From NCBI GenBank assembly GCA_038227875.1, contig JBBRPR010000017.1:89191-153190 (forward strand): a DNA stretch of 64,000 nt, written 5' to 3'. Shown piece by piece: positions 49,991 to 60,301 of this stretch; positions within the stretch are counted from its first letter, which is position 1, and each line of letters starts with the position of its first letter. Made by a program: the position numbers and the translations under genes. This DNA is from Planctomycetota bacterium. GTDB taxonomy: Bacteria; Planctomycetota; SZUA-567; H5-PLA8. A model generated the notes under the pieces. That model was not told the DNA's origin. It saw nothing but the letters and a program-made list of their open reading frames with translations, and made no database searches.

Positions 49991-51592
49991 ATGACTGCCC
50001 CCCGACTTTCCCGACCCGGACTCTGGCCCGGACGCTCCAACGTGCTCGCGCGCGGCGGCATGGTCTGCACCAGCCAGCCGCTGGCTAGCGCGGCGGCGTT
50101 GGATGTGCTGCGGCGTGGCGGCAACGCCATCGATGCGGCGATCACGGCCAGCGCGACGCTCGCGTCGGTTGAGCCGCTGATGACCGGCGTCGGCGGCGAC
50201 ATGTTCGCGCTCTACTGGTCGGCCAAGGACAAGAAGCTCAAAGCGCTGAATGGCTCCGGCCGCTGTCCGAAAAATCTCTCGTGGCGCACGTTCGCGCGAA
50301 AAGGTGCGACGCACATTCCGAATTTCGGCTGGCCGTCGGTCACGGTGCCCGGCTGTGTTGACGGCTGGTGGCAACTCCATCAAGCCGACGGCAAGCTGCC
50401 GTGGAAGAATCTCTTCGACGCCACGATCCATTACGCCCGCGACGGCGCGCCGATCAGCGAAGTCGTCTACAGCGAGATGGAAAATGTCGGCCCGCGCTTG
50501 CAGAACGACGAAGCGCGCAAAATATTTCTGCCCAACGACGGCAAGACACCGTACTACGGTCACATTTTCAAGCAGACCGATCTGGCGCGCACGTTTGAAG
50601 CGATCGCGGCCGGCGGAGCCGACGCGTTCTACCGCGGCGAGATCGCGCAGCGGATCGTGCGCTTCAGCGAAGCGACCGGTGGATTTTTTTCGCTCGAAGA
50701 CTTTACGAATCACACCTCGACCTGGGTCCAGCCGCTGAAGGCCACGTTCCGCGGCGTCGACATTTACGAGATGCCTCCGAACACGCAGGGCGTCGCGGCC
50801 TTGTTGGCGCTCAATATTCTCTCCAGCCTGGATCTCGGCGCACTGCAGCAGGACTGGGCGGGCCTAACGCACGCGACGATCGAAGCGATGAAATTGGCCT
50901 ACGCGGAACGCGACGCCAACGTCGGCGATCCGGAAGAATCGAAGGCGGCGATCGAGAAAATGCTGACGCTTACCTTCGCGACGCACATCGGCATGACCGT
51001 CGACCCGAAGCTCGCCATCGCGCGCAAAGGTTCGATGACGCAGAGTTCCGGCGACACGGTCTACCTCTGCACGGCCGACGCCGAAGGCAACATGGTCTCG
51101 CTGATCAGCAGCCTGTATCAAGGCTCCGGAGTCGTCGCGGGTGACACGGGCGTGCATCTGCACAACCGCGGCGCGCTTTTCAATCTCGACGACGGCCATC
51201 CCAATTGCATGCAGCCGGGCAAGCGGCCTTTCCATACGATCATTCCCGGATTCGCGATGCGCGATGGCCAGCCGTACATGGCCTTCGGCGTGATGGGCGG
51301 GCACCATCAGGCTCAGGGTCACGTGCAGTTTTTGTTGAACTTCCTGCTCCATGAAATGACGCTCCAGGAATCGATCAGCGCGCCGCGCTTCGACTACCGC
51401 ACGGAAAATTTCGTCGCCTTCGAAGCTGATTTCCCTGAAGCGATCCGCGAAGATCTGGCGGCGCGCGGACACCGCGTGGTCGGCAACGACACGGGACCGT
51501 TCGGCGGAGCTCAAGCGCTGCGGCGCCTGGATAACGGCGTGCTGGAAGGCGCCAGCGATCCGCGGAAAGACGGCTGCGCGCTTGGCTTCTGA
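49991..51592 (+). CDS. ggt: Gamma-glutamyltransferase family Ntn-hydrolase (YwrD-like, no signal peptide)
   Basis: SQPLAS, GGNAIDAA, GVGGDMF, PPNTQG, GD-TVY nucleophile site, PGKRPFHTIIP, GVMGG, SDPRKDG. Confidence 0.92.
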   Translation: MTAPRLSRPGLWPGRSNVLARGGMVCTSQPLASAAALDVLRRGGNAIDAAITASATLASVEPLMTGVGGDMFALYWSAKDKKLKALNGSGRCPKNLSWRTFARKGATHIPNFGWPSVTVPGCVDGWWQLHQADGKLPWKNLFDATIHYARDGAPISEVVYSEMENVGPRLQNDEARKIFLPNDGKTPYYGHIFKQTDLARTFEAIAAGGADAFYRGEIAQRIVRFSEATGGFFSLEDFTNHTSTWVQPLKATFRGVDIYEMPPNTQGVAALLALNILSSLDLGALQQDWAGLTHATIEAMKLAYAERDANVGDPEESKAAIEKMLTLTFATHIGMTVDPKLAIARKGSMTQSSGDTVYLCTADAEGNMVSLISSLYQGSGVVAGDTGVHLHNRGALFNLDDGHPNCMQPGKRPFHTIIPGFAMRDGQPYMAFGVMGGHHQAQGHVQFLLNFLLHEMTLQESISAPRFDYRTENFVAFEADFPEAIREDLAARGHRVVGNDTGPFGGAQALRRLDNGVLEGASDPRKDGCALGF

Positions 51593-53561
51593 CCACGGAC
51601 GCGCGTGGCATGAAAAACCGGCGGTGGCCGGAGTGCTGCTGGCACTGATGACAGCGTTGGTGCTCAGTGGAAGCTGGAGCGCTCCCTTTTACGCCTTCGA
51701 CGATCGTGCGCACATTTATCTTGCGGTCGAAGAAAACTGGAATCCGTCCGCGCCGCGGCAGTCGAACGCCTACGATCCGTGGCACGCGCTGATGTACCTC
51801 GAATTTGTCGCGACGGTTTCGTATCGCGTCGACTACGCGCTCTTCGGCGTGCCGCGCGAGACGTCGAACACGCCGGCGAATGGCGACGCGGCCGAGGAAG
51901 TCGTGCGGACATTTCCCCCGCCGTCGAATGCCTGGGCGCCTGGCGTGCGCTTGATGAACGGCCTCTACCATGCGCTCGCCGGGTTTGTGCTGTGGATGCT
52001 CCTGCGCCGACTCGGCGCGTCGGGCGGCGTGGCGCTGTTCACGGCGCTGGTGTGGACCGGGCATCCAATGGCCTGCGAATCAGTCTGCTGGATTGCCGAG
52101 CGAAAAAACGTGCTGTCGGCGCTCTTTGGATTCGGTGCGCTGCTGGCATGGACGGCTCCAGTTGAGAAACGCTGGCGCTGGCCGCTGGTGAATGTGCTGT
52201 ATCTGCTGGCGCTGTTCAGCAAGCCGACAGCGCTCGGGTTTCTGCCGCTCCTTGCGATTCTGGAAATTGCCGATCCGATTCGGCGTTCGTTTGCGCTGAA
52301 GGAAGTGTCCGCGTGGTTGCGCGTCGCGTTGCGGTTGGCGATTCCGGGATTCTTGAGCTTCGCGGTCGTAGCGCTGAGCGTCTACGGCATCCAGCACGAC
52401 ATCGTGCTGCCACCGGGCGGCAGCGCGTGGACGGCGGCGCTGACCGACGCGGAGATTGCGCTTCGCTACATCTCTCACCTGGTTTTCCCGGCGCGTTTAA
52501 GTTTCTTCTACGCGGTCGATCCGATTGTTTCACTGGGCGATGCGCGACTGTGGATCTGTGGAATTTCCGTGCTGCTGATTTTCGCCGCGCTGATTGTTCT
52601 CGCGGGCGCGCAGCGGCGGTTGGCCGTGGTGGGCGTGTTGTGGTTCGTCGCGGTTCTCGGCCCGAGCTGGAATCTGATCGCGATTCCCTACTTCATGCAG
52701 GACCGCTACGCGTACCTGGCATCGGCGGGATTTTTTCTGGCGCTGGCGCTGGCCGCTGAAGGCGTGTTGACGCGGTTTCATGCGACGAAGTTCGGCGCGG
52801 TGCCGGCGGTGCTCGCGCTGGCGCTGCTGGGATACGCGACTGTCGCCCGGTCTGTGACGTACAAAGACGAATCGGTGTTGTTTCTCGACGCGGTTGAGAA
52901 GCAGCCCAAGTCGGCGATGGCGCGGCAGTGTGCGGCGAGCGTGATCCGCCCGGAGTACGAAAAACACAGCGCGTTTGGCGCGGAGCCGGATCCGAAGCTG
53001 GAAGCGCTGTTCGGCGGTGCGTTGCTGGCACAGTACGAGGGCGCGCTGGAGTGTCCGGACGTCGAGAATTTTTTCGAAGTCTTCTTTCTGCGCGTGAAAA
53101 TCGCCGACCTGCTGATGCGCCAGAACCGTTTCGACGACGCGCGCGCGAAGCTGGACGGCTGGTTGCCGCCAAAAGAGATGATGCTGCTGCCGGAAACCGG
53201 CGTCGCCGGCCGCGGCACGCGCCGCGGTTACATGCCGCAGACGCTGGCGTTTGGCTGGCTGGTGATGGCCGAGACGAGTTTGCGCGAATCGTTTCTGACT
53301 ACTCTCACACCGGAACAACGCGTCGAAAAATGCAAGCAGGCGATCGCCGAGGCAGAGAAATCGCGTACGGCGCATCTGTTTGATTACAAGGGTGTCGTGG
53401 TGAAAGCGCGCGCGCTGATCCGCCTGGCGGAGCTCGATAAGTTGAGTCCCGAACTGGCGGCGCGGGACATTGCCGAAGCGCGTGCGCTGCTGGAGAGCGT
53501 GCCGGCGTCTTCAGAGCGCGCCGGCGTGGCCAGGTTTCATCTCGAGCATTTGCCGAAGTAG
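51582..53561 (+). CDS. TMTC-like (GT-C) membrane glycosyltransferase with C-terminal helical repeats
   Basis: FDD in the first loop, HPMACESVCWIAERKNVL, ALFSKP, DRYAYL, helical C-terminus. Confidence 0.75.
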   Translation: MASDHGRAWHEKPAVAGVLLALMTALVLSGSWSAPFYAFDDRAHIYLAVEENWNPSAPRQSNAYDPWHALMYLEFVATVSYRVDYALFGVPRETSNTPANGDAAEEVVRTFPPPSNAWAPGVRLMNGLYHALAGFVLWMLLRRLGASGGVALFTALVWTGHPMACESVCWIAERKNVLSALFGFGALLAWTAPVEKRWRWPLVNVLYLLALFSKPTALGFLPLLAILEIADPIRRSFALKEVSAWLRVALRLAIPGFLSFAVVALSVYGIQHDIVLPPGGSAWTAALTDAEIALRYISHLVFPARLSFFYAVDPIVSLGDARLWICGISVLLIFAALIVLAGAQRRLAVVGVLWFVAVLGPSWNLIAIPYFMQDRYAYLASAGFFLALALAAEGVLTRFHATKFGAVPAVLALALLGYATVARSVTYKDESVLFLDAVEKQPKSAMARQCAASVIRPEYEKHSAFGAEPDPKLEALFGGALLAQYEGALECPDVENFFEVFFLRVKIADLLMRQNRFDDARAKLDGWLPPKEMMLLPETGVAGRGTRRGYMPQTLAFGWLVMAETSLRESFLTTLTPEQRVEKCKQAIAEAEKSRTAHLFDYKGVVVKARALIRLAELDKLSPELAARDIAEARALLESVPASSERAGVARFHLEHLPK

Positions 53562-53569
53562 CGGCGACT

Positions 53570-54610
53570 TCAGCTCACGCGCAGCACAATTTTTCCCATC
53601 TGTTCGCCGGCTTCCATGCGCTTCATCGCATTGGCCGCGTCGGCGATGTCGTAGACTTTGCAGAGCAGCGGTTTGACGTTGAATTCCTGTGCGGTTTTCA
53701 CCAAGCGGCGCATGTCTTCCATGCTGCCCATGGTCGATCCCATGAATGAAATGTGGTTCCAGTAGAGCTGCTGAATGTTGATCGCGCCTTCCGGTCCGCC
53801 GGTGACGCCGCAGGTGACGATGCGTCCGCCGCGGCGCACGCTGGCCATGCTGATCGGCAGCGTCGGCGCGCCGGTGGTGTCGACGACCACGTCCACGCCG
53901 CGGCCCTTGGTAAAATTTTTCACAGCGGCGCCGACGTCGGCGGTCGTCTTGTAGTTGATGCATTCCATCGCGCCCATCTCGCGGGCCTTGCGCAGCTTCT
54001 CGTCGGAGGAACTCGTGACGATGGCGCTGGCGCCATGCATTTTTCCGAGTTGCAGCGCGGCTACCGCGACGCCGCCGCCGATGCCGTGGATCAGCATCGT
54101 TTCACCGCTGAGCAGTTTGACGCGTTCGAAGAGCATGCGCCACGCGGTGAGGTACGCCAGCGGCAGCGCGGCGGCCTCTTCCCACGAGAGATTTGTCGGC
54201 TTGGGGAAAAGATTGACGGCCGGGACAACGGCGTATTCGGCGAAGACGCCTTGGAGCTGGAAGCCGAGAATCCGGAAGCTCGGGCATTCGCTGTGAAAGC
54301 CGCGCAGACAGAATTCGCACTTCATGCAGCTGACACCGGGATTGAGGACCACGTCCTGACCGCGCTGCAGCGGCAAACCTTCGGTGCCGGGGCCGAGGTC
54401 TTCGACCGTGCCAGCGGCATCGGAGCCGAGAATGTGCGGGCCCTTGAGTTGCAGGCCGGGTCGGCCCTTGCGAACCCAGATGTCGAGGTGGTTGAGCGCG
54501 GCGGTTTTCACCTTTAAGAGCGCTTCGCCGGGACCGGGCTTGGGCTTGGGAAGTTCGCCGACTTCGGTCTTGTCGATGCCGCCAAATTCTTTGATGTGGA
54601 ATGCTTTCAT
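53570..54610 (-). CDS. Zinc-binding medium-chain dehydrogenase/reductase
   Basis: ALNHLD, PHILGSDAAG, CMKCEFC...C structural zinc site, GIGGGV, GKIVL. Confidence 0.9.
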   Translation of the reverse strand: MKAFHIKEFGGIDKTEVGELPKPKPGPGEALLKVKTAALNHLDIWVRKGRPGLQLKGPHILGSDAAGTVEDLGPGTEGLPLQRGQDVVLNPGVSCMKCEFCLRGFHSECPSFRILGFQLQGVFAEYAVVPAVNLFPKPTNLSWEEAAALPLAYLTAWRMLFERVKLLSGETMLIHGIGGGVAVAALQLGKMHGASAIVTSSSDEKLRKAREMGAMECINYKTTADVGAAVKNFTKGRGVDVVVDTTGAPTLPISMASVRRGGRIVTCGVTGGPEGAINIQQLYWNHISFMGSTMGSMEDMRRLVKTAQEFNVKPLLCKVYDIADAANAMKRMEAGEQMGKIVLRVS

Positions 54611-54631
54611 TGCGCTGATCCTTTCAAATAA

Positions 54632-55060
54632 TTACGCATTGCTTTTGTTCAGCAGCCAGGTGCGCAGCGTGGGCAGAATGGGATCGAGTTGCAGGGCTTC
54701 GTGCAGAGTGAGCCAGCGGAACTCTTCGACTTCCAGCGCGCTGGCAACGATGGGCTGATCGTTGTGCTTCAAAGTGACGTGAAACCAGTGTAGGCGGAAT
54801 TCGCCGTTGGGCGAAATCGTTTCGTGAATCTTGGCGACGGGGTCGATGTGCAAGCCGACTTCTTCAAAGACTTCACGTATGATCGCCGCGTCGTAGGCTT
54901 CGTTGGGTTCGACTTCTCCGCCGACGAAACACCAGACGCCCGGGGCGCGCTTAAGTTTCAGGCCGCGCCGGATGAAAAGGTAGCGGCCGGCAGCGTTTTT
55001 CAGGACGGCGACGACGCCGTTTTTTAGAGGAGCAACCGCAGGGATATTTTCCATAGTCAA
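54632..55060 (-). CDS. NUDIX hydrolase
   Basis: GGEVEPNEAYDAAIIREVFEEVGL Nudix box. Confidence 0.9.
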   Translation of the reverse strand: MTMENIPAVAPLKNGVVAVLKNAAGRYLFIRRGLKLKRAPGVWCFVGGEVEPNEAYDAAIIREVFEEVGLHIDPVAKIHETISPNGEFRLHWFHVTLKHNDQPIVASALEVEEFRWLTLHEALQLDPILPTLRTWLLNKSNA

Positions 55061-55064
55061 TGTT

Positions 55065-55850
55065 CTATGCGTAGGGGAACTTGGCGTCCAACTTGGCTTT
55101 TGAAAGTGCGACGAGCAGTTCGGCGAGGCACTTGGACATTTCGGCGTGGACGAGGCGGCCTTTTTCGGCGCTGGAGGAGCGGGTTTCGCCGCCGGCGCTG
55201 GCGGGCAGATACAGGTGCCACGGGCGGATGAACGTGGCGTGGCGCAGTTCAGGAATTTTCACCTGGCCGAAGGGGAAATTGGCGAACTTCTTCTTCTTCA
55301 CCAGCTCGGGGCGAAGGTACATGACGCGCGAGGTTTCGCCTTCTCCGGCGTGGTCGCTGCGGTTCTCGATCGGATCGACAAAATCAGGCCCGGTCAAATC
55401 ATCGGCGAGACAGACGAAGGGCATGTTGTCCATGCCGGCGATCTCGCGCATCGCGGCGGGAATCGCGCCGGTGTTGCCGCCGTGACCGTTGACGAGGACG
55501 ACTTTCATCACGCCGTCTTCCTTGCACTGCGTGACGATGTCGACAATCACGCTCATCAGCGTGCGCACGCTGATACGGCAGGCGAAGGGAAATTTGCGGA
55601 AGTTGGCGTTGTTGGTGATCGGCAGCACCGGATAGAGCAGCGCGCGGGCGCCCTTCTTGTTCGCCGCGATTACGCCCAGCCGCGCGACGTCGCCGACTTC
55701 ATACGTGTCGGTGCCGTAGGGCAGATGCGGCCCGTGTGGCTCGGTCGAGCCAAGGGGCAGGACGACGACCTCCGGCTTGAACGCGCGAACATCTTCGACG
55801 GTCATTTCTTCGAGCACGCCAGAGAGAAAAGCGGATTTTTTCTTCGCCAT
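55065..55850 (-). CDS. Creatininase/amidohydrolase family protein
   Basis: LPLGSTEPHGPHLPYGTD, NGHGGN, DHAGEGETS, SAEKG. Confidence 0.9.
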   Translation of the reverse strand: MAKKKSAFLSGVLEEMTVEDVRAFKPEVVVLPLGSTEPHGPHLPYGTDTYEVGDVARLGVIAANKKGARALLYPVLPITNNANFRKFPFACRISVRTLMSVIVDIVTQCKEDGVMKVVLVNGHGGNTGAIPAAMREIAGMDNMPFVCLADDLTGPDFVDPIENRSDHAGEGETSRVMYLRPELVKKKKFANFPFGQVKIPELRHATFIRPWHLYLPASAGGETRSSSAEKGRLVHAEMSKCLAELLVALSKAKLDAKFPYA

Positions 55851-55910
55851 GAAAAGCAGAGCCTCATTGAAAAAGGGTGTATGGAAATTCTACACGCGCC
55901 ATTTGAAAAT

Positions 55911-56653
55911 TCACGGCGCTTCGCATTGCTCCTTCAGAAAGTGCCCTCGCCTGGGCCGAAAACTGAAGCGGTGCGGCGGCGTGCCCGGCCGCAAATTGTG
56001 CCGCTGCATGCGCGGGGTGGTGGCGAGCGCCGCATGCATAGCAAGGGTCGCGTGCTGCGAAATGAGATAAAACAAGACTGCCGGCGTAAGCGTGACGCCG
56101 CGACGCACCAGTCGCTCCCGCAGCAGGTCGCGCGCGCGGCTCAAGCGACCTGACAGTGTTCCGTAGGTACAGCCGAGCAATATGGCGATCTCCTCCTGCG
56201 TATGGCCTTCAACATGATGGAGAATCAAGGGGATTTGATATTTTTCGGGCAAGGACTGGAGCTCCTATTCAATAATGGCTTGATGGACTCCCAGTCGGGC
56301 CCCCCGCGGACATAGATTTCGACGCTTTCATTGCCGATTCCCCGGCCGGCTACACGTTCGCGGTTTCTGCGGCCGGCTGCAGCTTCACGCGCACGCAACG
56401 AAATGTTATATGCAACGCCATGCAGCCAGGCCACGACGGAGCGATTGCCTTGCAACGTCTTCGCTTTGTTGGCCAGCGTCAGAAATACGGCTTGCGTCGC
56501 GTCCTCAGCTTCCTGCGTTTGACCCAATACGCGGCAGCACACGCCAAACACCAGCGCGCCGTGACGGTTCACGAACACCTCGAAGCTACTCTCGTCGCGA
56601 CGCTCGGAGAATTGCTTGAGTAGACTGCCATCGTCGAGTATCGCGTCGTTCAT
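55911..56653 (-). pseudogene. Frameshifted, C-terminally degenerate ECF sigma factor
   Basis: Region 2 (RHGALVFGVCCRVL..AEDATQAVFLTL..WLHGVA) and region 4 (LPEKYQIPLILHHVEG..TLSGRLSRAR) lie in different frames; one base missing near 56266. Confidence 0.8.
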
Positions 56654-56980
56654 TGAACACCCCTCCCGCCGACTCCCGTCACTCATCCGTCTTACTCGCA
56701 GGATCAATACGACAAAATCGCAACCTATTTTGCCAGAGACTGAAACGGTCGATAATGCTTTGAGTGATAAAAAGCAGGCCCCTTGGGGGATTCCGGACTG
56801 GGGATATCCCTCACTGAGCCGCCCCCATTTCCACTTTGTCTCGAAATTGCATTTTTCATAGACTATTTGTGCTCGTATGACACCCTCGTGCCGCAAGCGG
56901 GGCGCCGCGAAAACAACACGAGTAGTCCACAAGCTTCGAGTTACGGACCAACGGGCACGCAGGAGTGAAATGGATTCGGA

Positions 56981-58096
56981 ATGAGCAAATCAATTATGTA
57001 CGTCGCCTTCGCCTTCGTACTTGGAATTATTTTCGGGCTGCTTTACGTCTTCAATGGAAGCAGTAGTTCCCCAAAATTAAATACGAATTCGACTACACCA
57101 GAGAAATCAGCGGTAGAAGTGACACAACCAAACCCAACCAGTTCAGTTCAATCAGGCACTCCAGCGAATAATGAGGTGACGCCGAAGAAGGCGTCGCCAA
57201 GTCAGATTACGGATAAATCCGGGGTAGGCCTGTATCTGACTTTTCCTTTGCGATGGAGTTGGAAAGCCACGGCCATCGCACCGGTCTGGCGGCAGGACGG
57301 GGGGCCGTTCATTCCGTTTTTTCAAGAATGGGGGTCACAGCGAACCCTGGCGGGCAACGGGGAACAGCAGGTCTACGTCGATCCCAGCGGATGGAAAAAT
57401 GCGGGACTCAATGTGATCACCTATGACGCGGCATCCAAAAGCCTGGTGATTCATCCGCGCCTGGCAACGCCGGAGGAACGTGCGCTGACCGGAGGAGAAG
57501 TTCTGTCCGGTATGTTGTCGTTGGAGCAGTTGCCGCAGGCCTGCCCTAAAACGGGAGTGTGGCGAATCGTTGTGAAAATGCCCGGACAGGGCCGAGGCGG
57601 AAAGGCCTTTCAGGGTGCATGGCCGGCACTGTGGCTGATGATGCACAAATATCCACATGGAACGTACGGCCCACCGCAAGGGGATCCGTTCTTCGAAAAG
57701 CATATTGAGCTTGATATCTACGAAGGTCACGGTCGCGAACCCAAGACACTCTACGTCACCGATCCCAAGCAGGCACCCTTCGACAAAGCACCGGAGGCGC
57801 CGCAGCATAAGGTCGTTAAGAGCGATACCGATCCGTCGGACGGTTTTCATGAATGGGTCAGCATCGTCACGCCTACATCATGGAAGGTTTATCTAGACGG
57901 TGTACTGATCTCGAGTCGTTCAGAAACGAATATCGCGAAGAGCTATGAAAAGTACCTGATCGTCAATTTGGCCGTCGGCGGAAAATGGTTCGGTAACATC
58001 AACTCTGAATCCGAGCTCTCCAGTTGGGAGATGGCACTGAAAAGCATCGATGTGTACGATTTGCCCGCGGATTTCCAAGACCTGGCCGACAAATAA
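56981..58096 (+). CDS. Membrane-anchored GH16-like protein
   Basis: N-terminal TM, Ser/Thr/Pro linker, NGEQQVY, WPALWLM, ELDIYE (ExDxxE), GFHEW, YLIVNLAVGGKW. Confidence 0.8.
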   Translation: MSKSIMYVAFAFVLGIIFGLLYVFNGSSSSPKLNTNSTTPEKSAVEVTQPNPTSSVQSGTPANNEVTPKKASPSQITDKSGVGLYLTFPLRWSWKATAIAPVWRQDGGPFIPFFQEWGSQRTLAGNGEQQVYVDPSGWKNAGLNVITYDAASKSLVIHPRLATPEERALTGGEVLSGMLSLEQLPQACPKTGVWRIVVKMPGQGRGGKAFQGAWPALWLMMHKYPHGTYGPPQGDPFFEKHIELDIYEGHGREPKTLYVTDPKQAPFDKAPEAPQHKVVKSDTDPSDGFHEWVSIVTPTSWKVYLDGVLISSRSETNIAKSYEKYLIVNLAVGGKWFGNINSESELSSWEMALKSIDVYDLPADFQDLADK

Positions 58097-58307
58097 AAAT
58101 GAGATGAAGGTCCCTGAGCCCGCAATTCCCTTAACTGCTTGTAGCACCCGCTTTCCGCTGTATGGAATGGTGGTCCCCACCGTGCCGCGCACCCGATCAA
58201 TCCGTTAATCAATAAGTGCATTGAGCGTATCGAGATACGATTTTTTATAAATATTGATGGTCAAATCCCGGCTCGCGACGAAGTACAGGTGCGAGGAGAG
58301 CTTTAAA

Positions 58308-59828
58308 ATGGCTGTTCAGTTGCCGTTCGCTTACATTTCGAGCATGGATGTGATGCGGGATCAAGACGACGCTGCACTGCTGAAAGCAATCGCAGATGCG
58401 GACAAGGCGGCATTCACTGAATTCTGCGGTCGCTTCCAGGTGAAGGCGTTCAACGTGGCCATCCGCACGCTGAATGACTCCGCGCTGGCGGAAGACGCCG
58501 TTCAAGAGGCGATGCTGGCGCTCTGGCTTACAGCCAAATCTTACCATCCCAGTCGTGGCAACCCGCAGAGTTGGGCGTTGGGTATCGTCGTGAAAAAAAG
58601 CCTGGATCTGAGACGCCGACGCAAGCGCAGTTCCGCGCGAGAGGAGCGAGTAAGAATGGAGGAATGGAGGACCGAAGTACCGGCGGCGGGTGTCGAAAAG
58701 AACGAGCTGATTGGCATTATGCGCCAGCACATAGACCAGCTTCCTGAACTGGAGTGTACCCTGCTCGCCTGCTGTTACGGAGCAAGCATGCCGCACCGCG
58801 AAATTGCCAAGATCGTGGGCGTTTCCCAGCAAACGGTTTCCAATCGAATTCACGCGACGCTCGAAAAATTGCGGGGCTCTCTGGCGAAGGCCGGGGTGAC
58901 TGCGGTCGTGCCGCTCGTCACCGCGGAAAACTTGTTTGATGCCATGACCTCCGGCCATCCCTGTCCGCCGCACCTGCCGACCCAAGCCCTCAGGCGGATC
59001 GAGAACCACAAGGACTCTGTACGCGTTAAGGCGCGGCGCAAAACGGCTCCCAAAGCCGGGGCGGCGCAGGTTGCGATCCCGGCACTTGTAGTGGCCGGCC
59101 TGGCGCTGGCGTGGCTGAGTTCGAATCAATCCGGCCCGAAAGCCACTTCAACCCCGAGCGATCCGGGCGGCAAAAATATAGCTGTGGTTCAACAGCCGGC
59201 CCCGCCCGCACCGGTGACGCTGCCCCGTGAGGTTCCACCTGCACCCGCAGAAGTAAACGACGATGTCAACGAGCACTGGTCGTTCGAAAAAGGCGCGCCC
59301 AGCGACCTCAAAATTTTGTTCGGCACGTGGAATTGGAGCGCAGATGATGGCGGGCAGATGGTGCCGTTACGCGACGCCGAACTGGTTCTTTCGCTGCCCC
59401 TCAGCATCCCCACGCGCCCGATGGCGATTACAATGAAATGCGTGAATCCTGGCCTACCCAGCGGCGGACAGTCGTTCACGCCCATCAAAGGCTCCGTGAT
59501 GCAGGCCTGCCGCAAGTGGTCGCGGGTTCCCAATTTTAATCCTGAGGTGAAAAAGTTTATCAAATACACGATTTACTTTACTGGTCGGTATCAAGTCCGC
59601 TATAGCGATGATCAAATCACTTCAGTGACAGAGTACAAGAAGCCCATCGTCCACGACGGCATGATGATGATGGTCCGAAATTTGAACCCCAAGGACATTG
59701 ATATTAAAACAGTTTCGCCGGATGAACTTCCGCTCAGCTTGCGCAACTTTCCGAAACTCATCGAGTCCATGGGGGTAGAGCCTCATGACATTGAAGATTC
59801 TGATATCAGCAGTGTAAAACGTCCTTAA
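58308..59828 (+). CDS. ECF sigma factor with TM helix and C-terminal extracytoplasmic domain
   Basis: DDAALL..LAEDAVQEAML..SWALGIV; IDQLP..REIAKIVGVSQQTVSNRI; TM then Pro linker; start uncertain (58308, 58344 or 58353). Confidence 0.85.
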   Translation: MAVQLPFAYISSMDVMRDQDDAALLKAIADADKAAFTEFCGRFQVKAFNVAIRTLNDSALAEDAVQEAMLALWLTAKSYHPSRGNPQSWALGIVVKKSLDLRRRRKRSSAREERVRMEEWRTEVPAAGVEKNELIGIMRQHIDQLPELECTLLACCYGASMPHREIAKIVGVSQQTVSNRIHATLEKLRGSLAKAGVTAVVPLVTAENLFDAMTSGHPCPPHLPTQALRRIENHKDSVRVKARRKTAPKAGAAQVAIPALVVAGLALAWLSSNQSGPKATSTPSDPGGKNIAVVQQPAPPAPVTLPREVPPAPAEVNDDVNEHWSFEKGAPSDLKILFGTWNWSADDGGQMVPLRDAELVLSLPLSIPTRPMAITMKCVNPGLPSGGQSFTPIKGSVMQACRKWSRVPNFNPEVKKFIKYTIYFTGRYQVRYSDDQITSVTEYKKPIVHDGMMMMVRNLNPKDIDIKTVSPDELPLSLRNFPKLIESMGVEPHDIEDSDISSVKRP

Positions 59829-59843
59829 TCAAGGCGAACACAG

Positions 59844-60155
59844 ATGAGCAACTCGAACGCGTGGTTCAGAGTGCCGTGGAGTGTTGACCGGTGGGGCCGG
59901 CTGCTGGCGGGCAGTGGCATCCTGGGTTTCACTGTGCTGGGGATGTGCGTGCATCCCGCCTGGTTTGCCGGAACGCTGCTGGCGTCGCTGAACTTGCTGA
60001 TCACTTCGTTCACCAATCGCTGCATCTTTCATGACGTCCTGATTCGGTTGGGCGCGAAGGAACGGGAAGATCTGTTCCTGCCCGGTGGCATTCCTCGCCC
60101 ACTCCCGGATCAGCGCTTGGAACTTCCGATTCTCGATCGCACATCAAACTCGTAA
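59844..60155 (+). CDS. DUF2892/YgaP-like small membrane protein
   Basis: VDRWGRLLAG, two TMs, FTNRC...LIRLG. Confidence 0.75.
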   Translation: MSNSNAWFRVPWSVDRWGRLLAGSGILGFTVLGMCVHPAWFAGTLLASLNLLITSFTNRCIFHDVLIRLGAKEREDLFLPGGIPRPLPDQRLELPILDRTSNS

Positions 60156-60301
60156 AATATTGAGCCGATAAACGTTACGACGTTCCATTGAATAATATTG
60201 CTGCCCCGACTAAGAATTCTCTTCTAAACTTTTCGCCTGCTCGGTGGAACTTGCAGGCGGTGAAACAAATGGCCAATCAACAATTCTGCGGAAACGCGTG
60301 T

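Noticed and set aside
55065..55850. Creatininase-family gene as mycofactocin MftE or a RiPP locus
   Set aside because: No precursor peptide, radical SAM or RRE gene nearby
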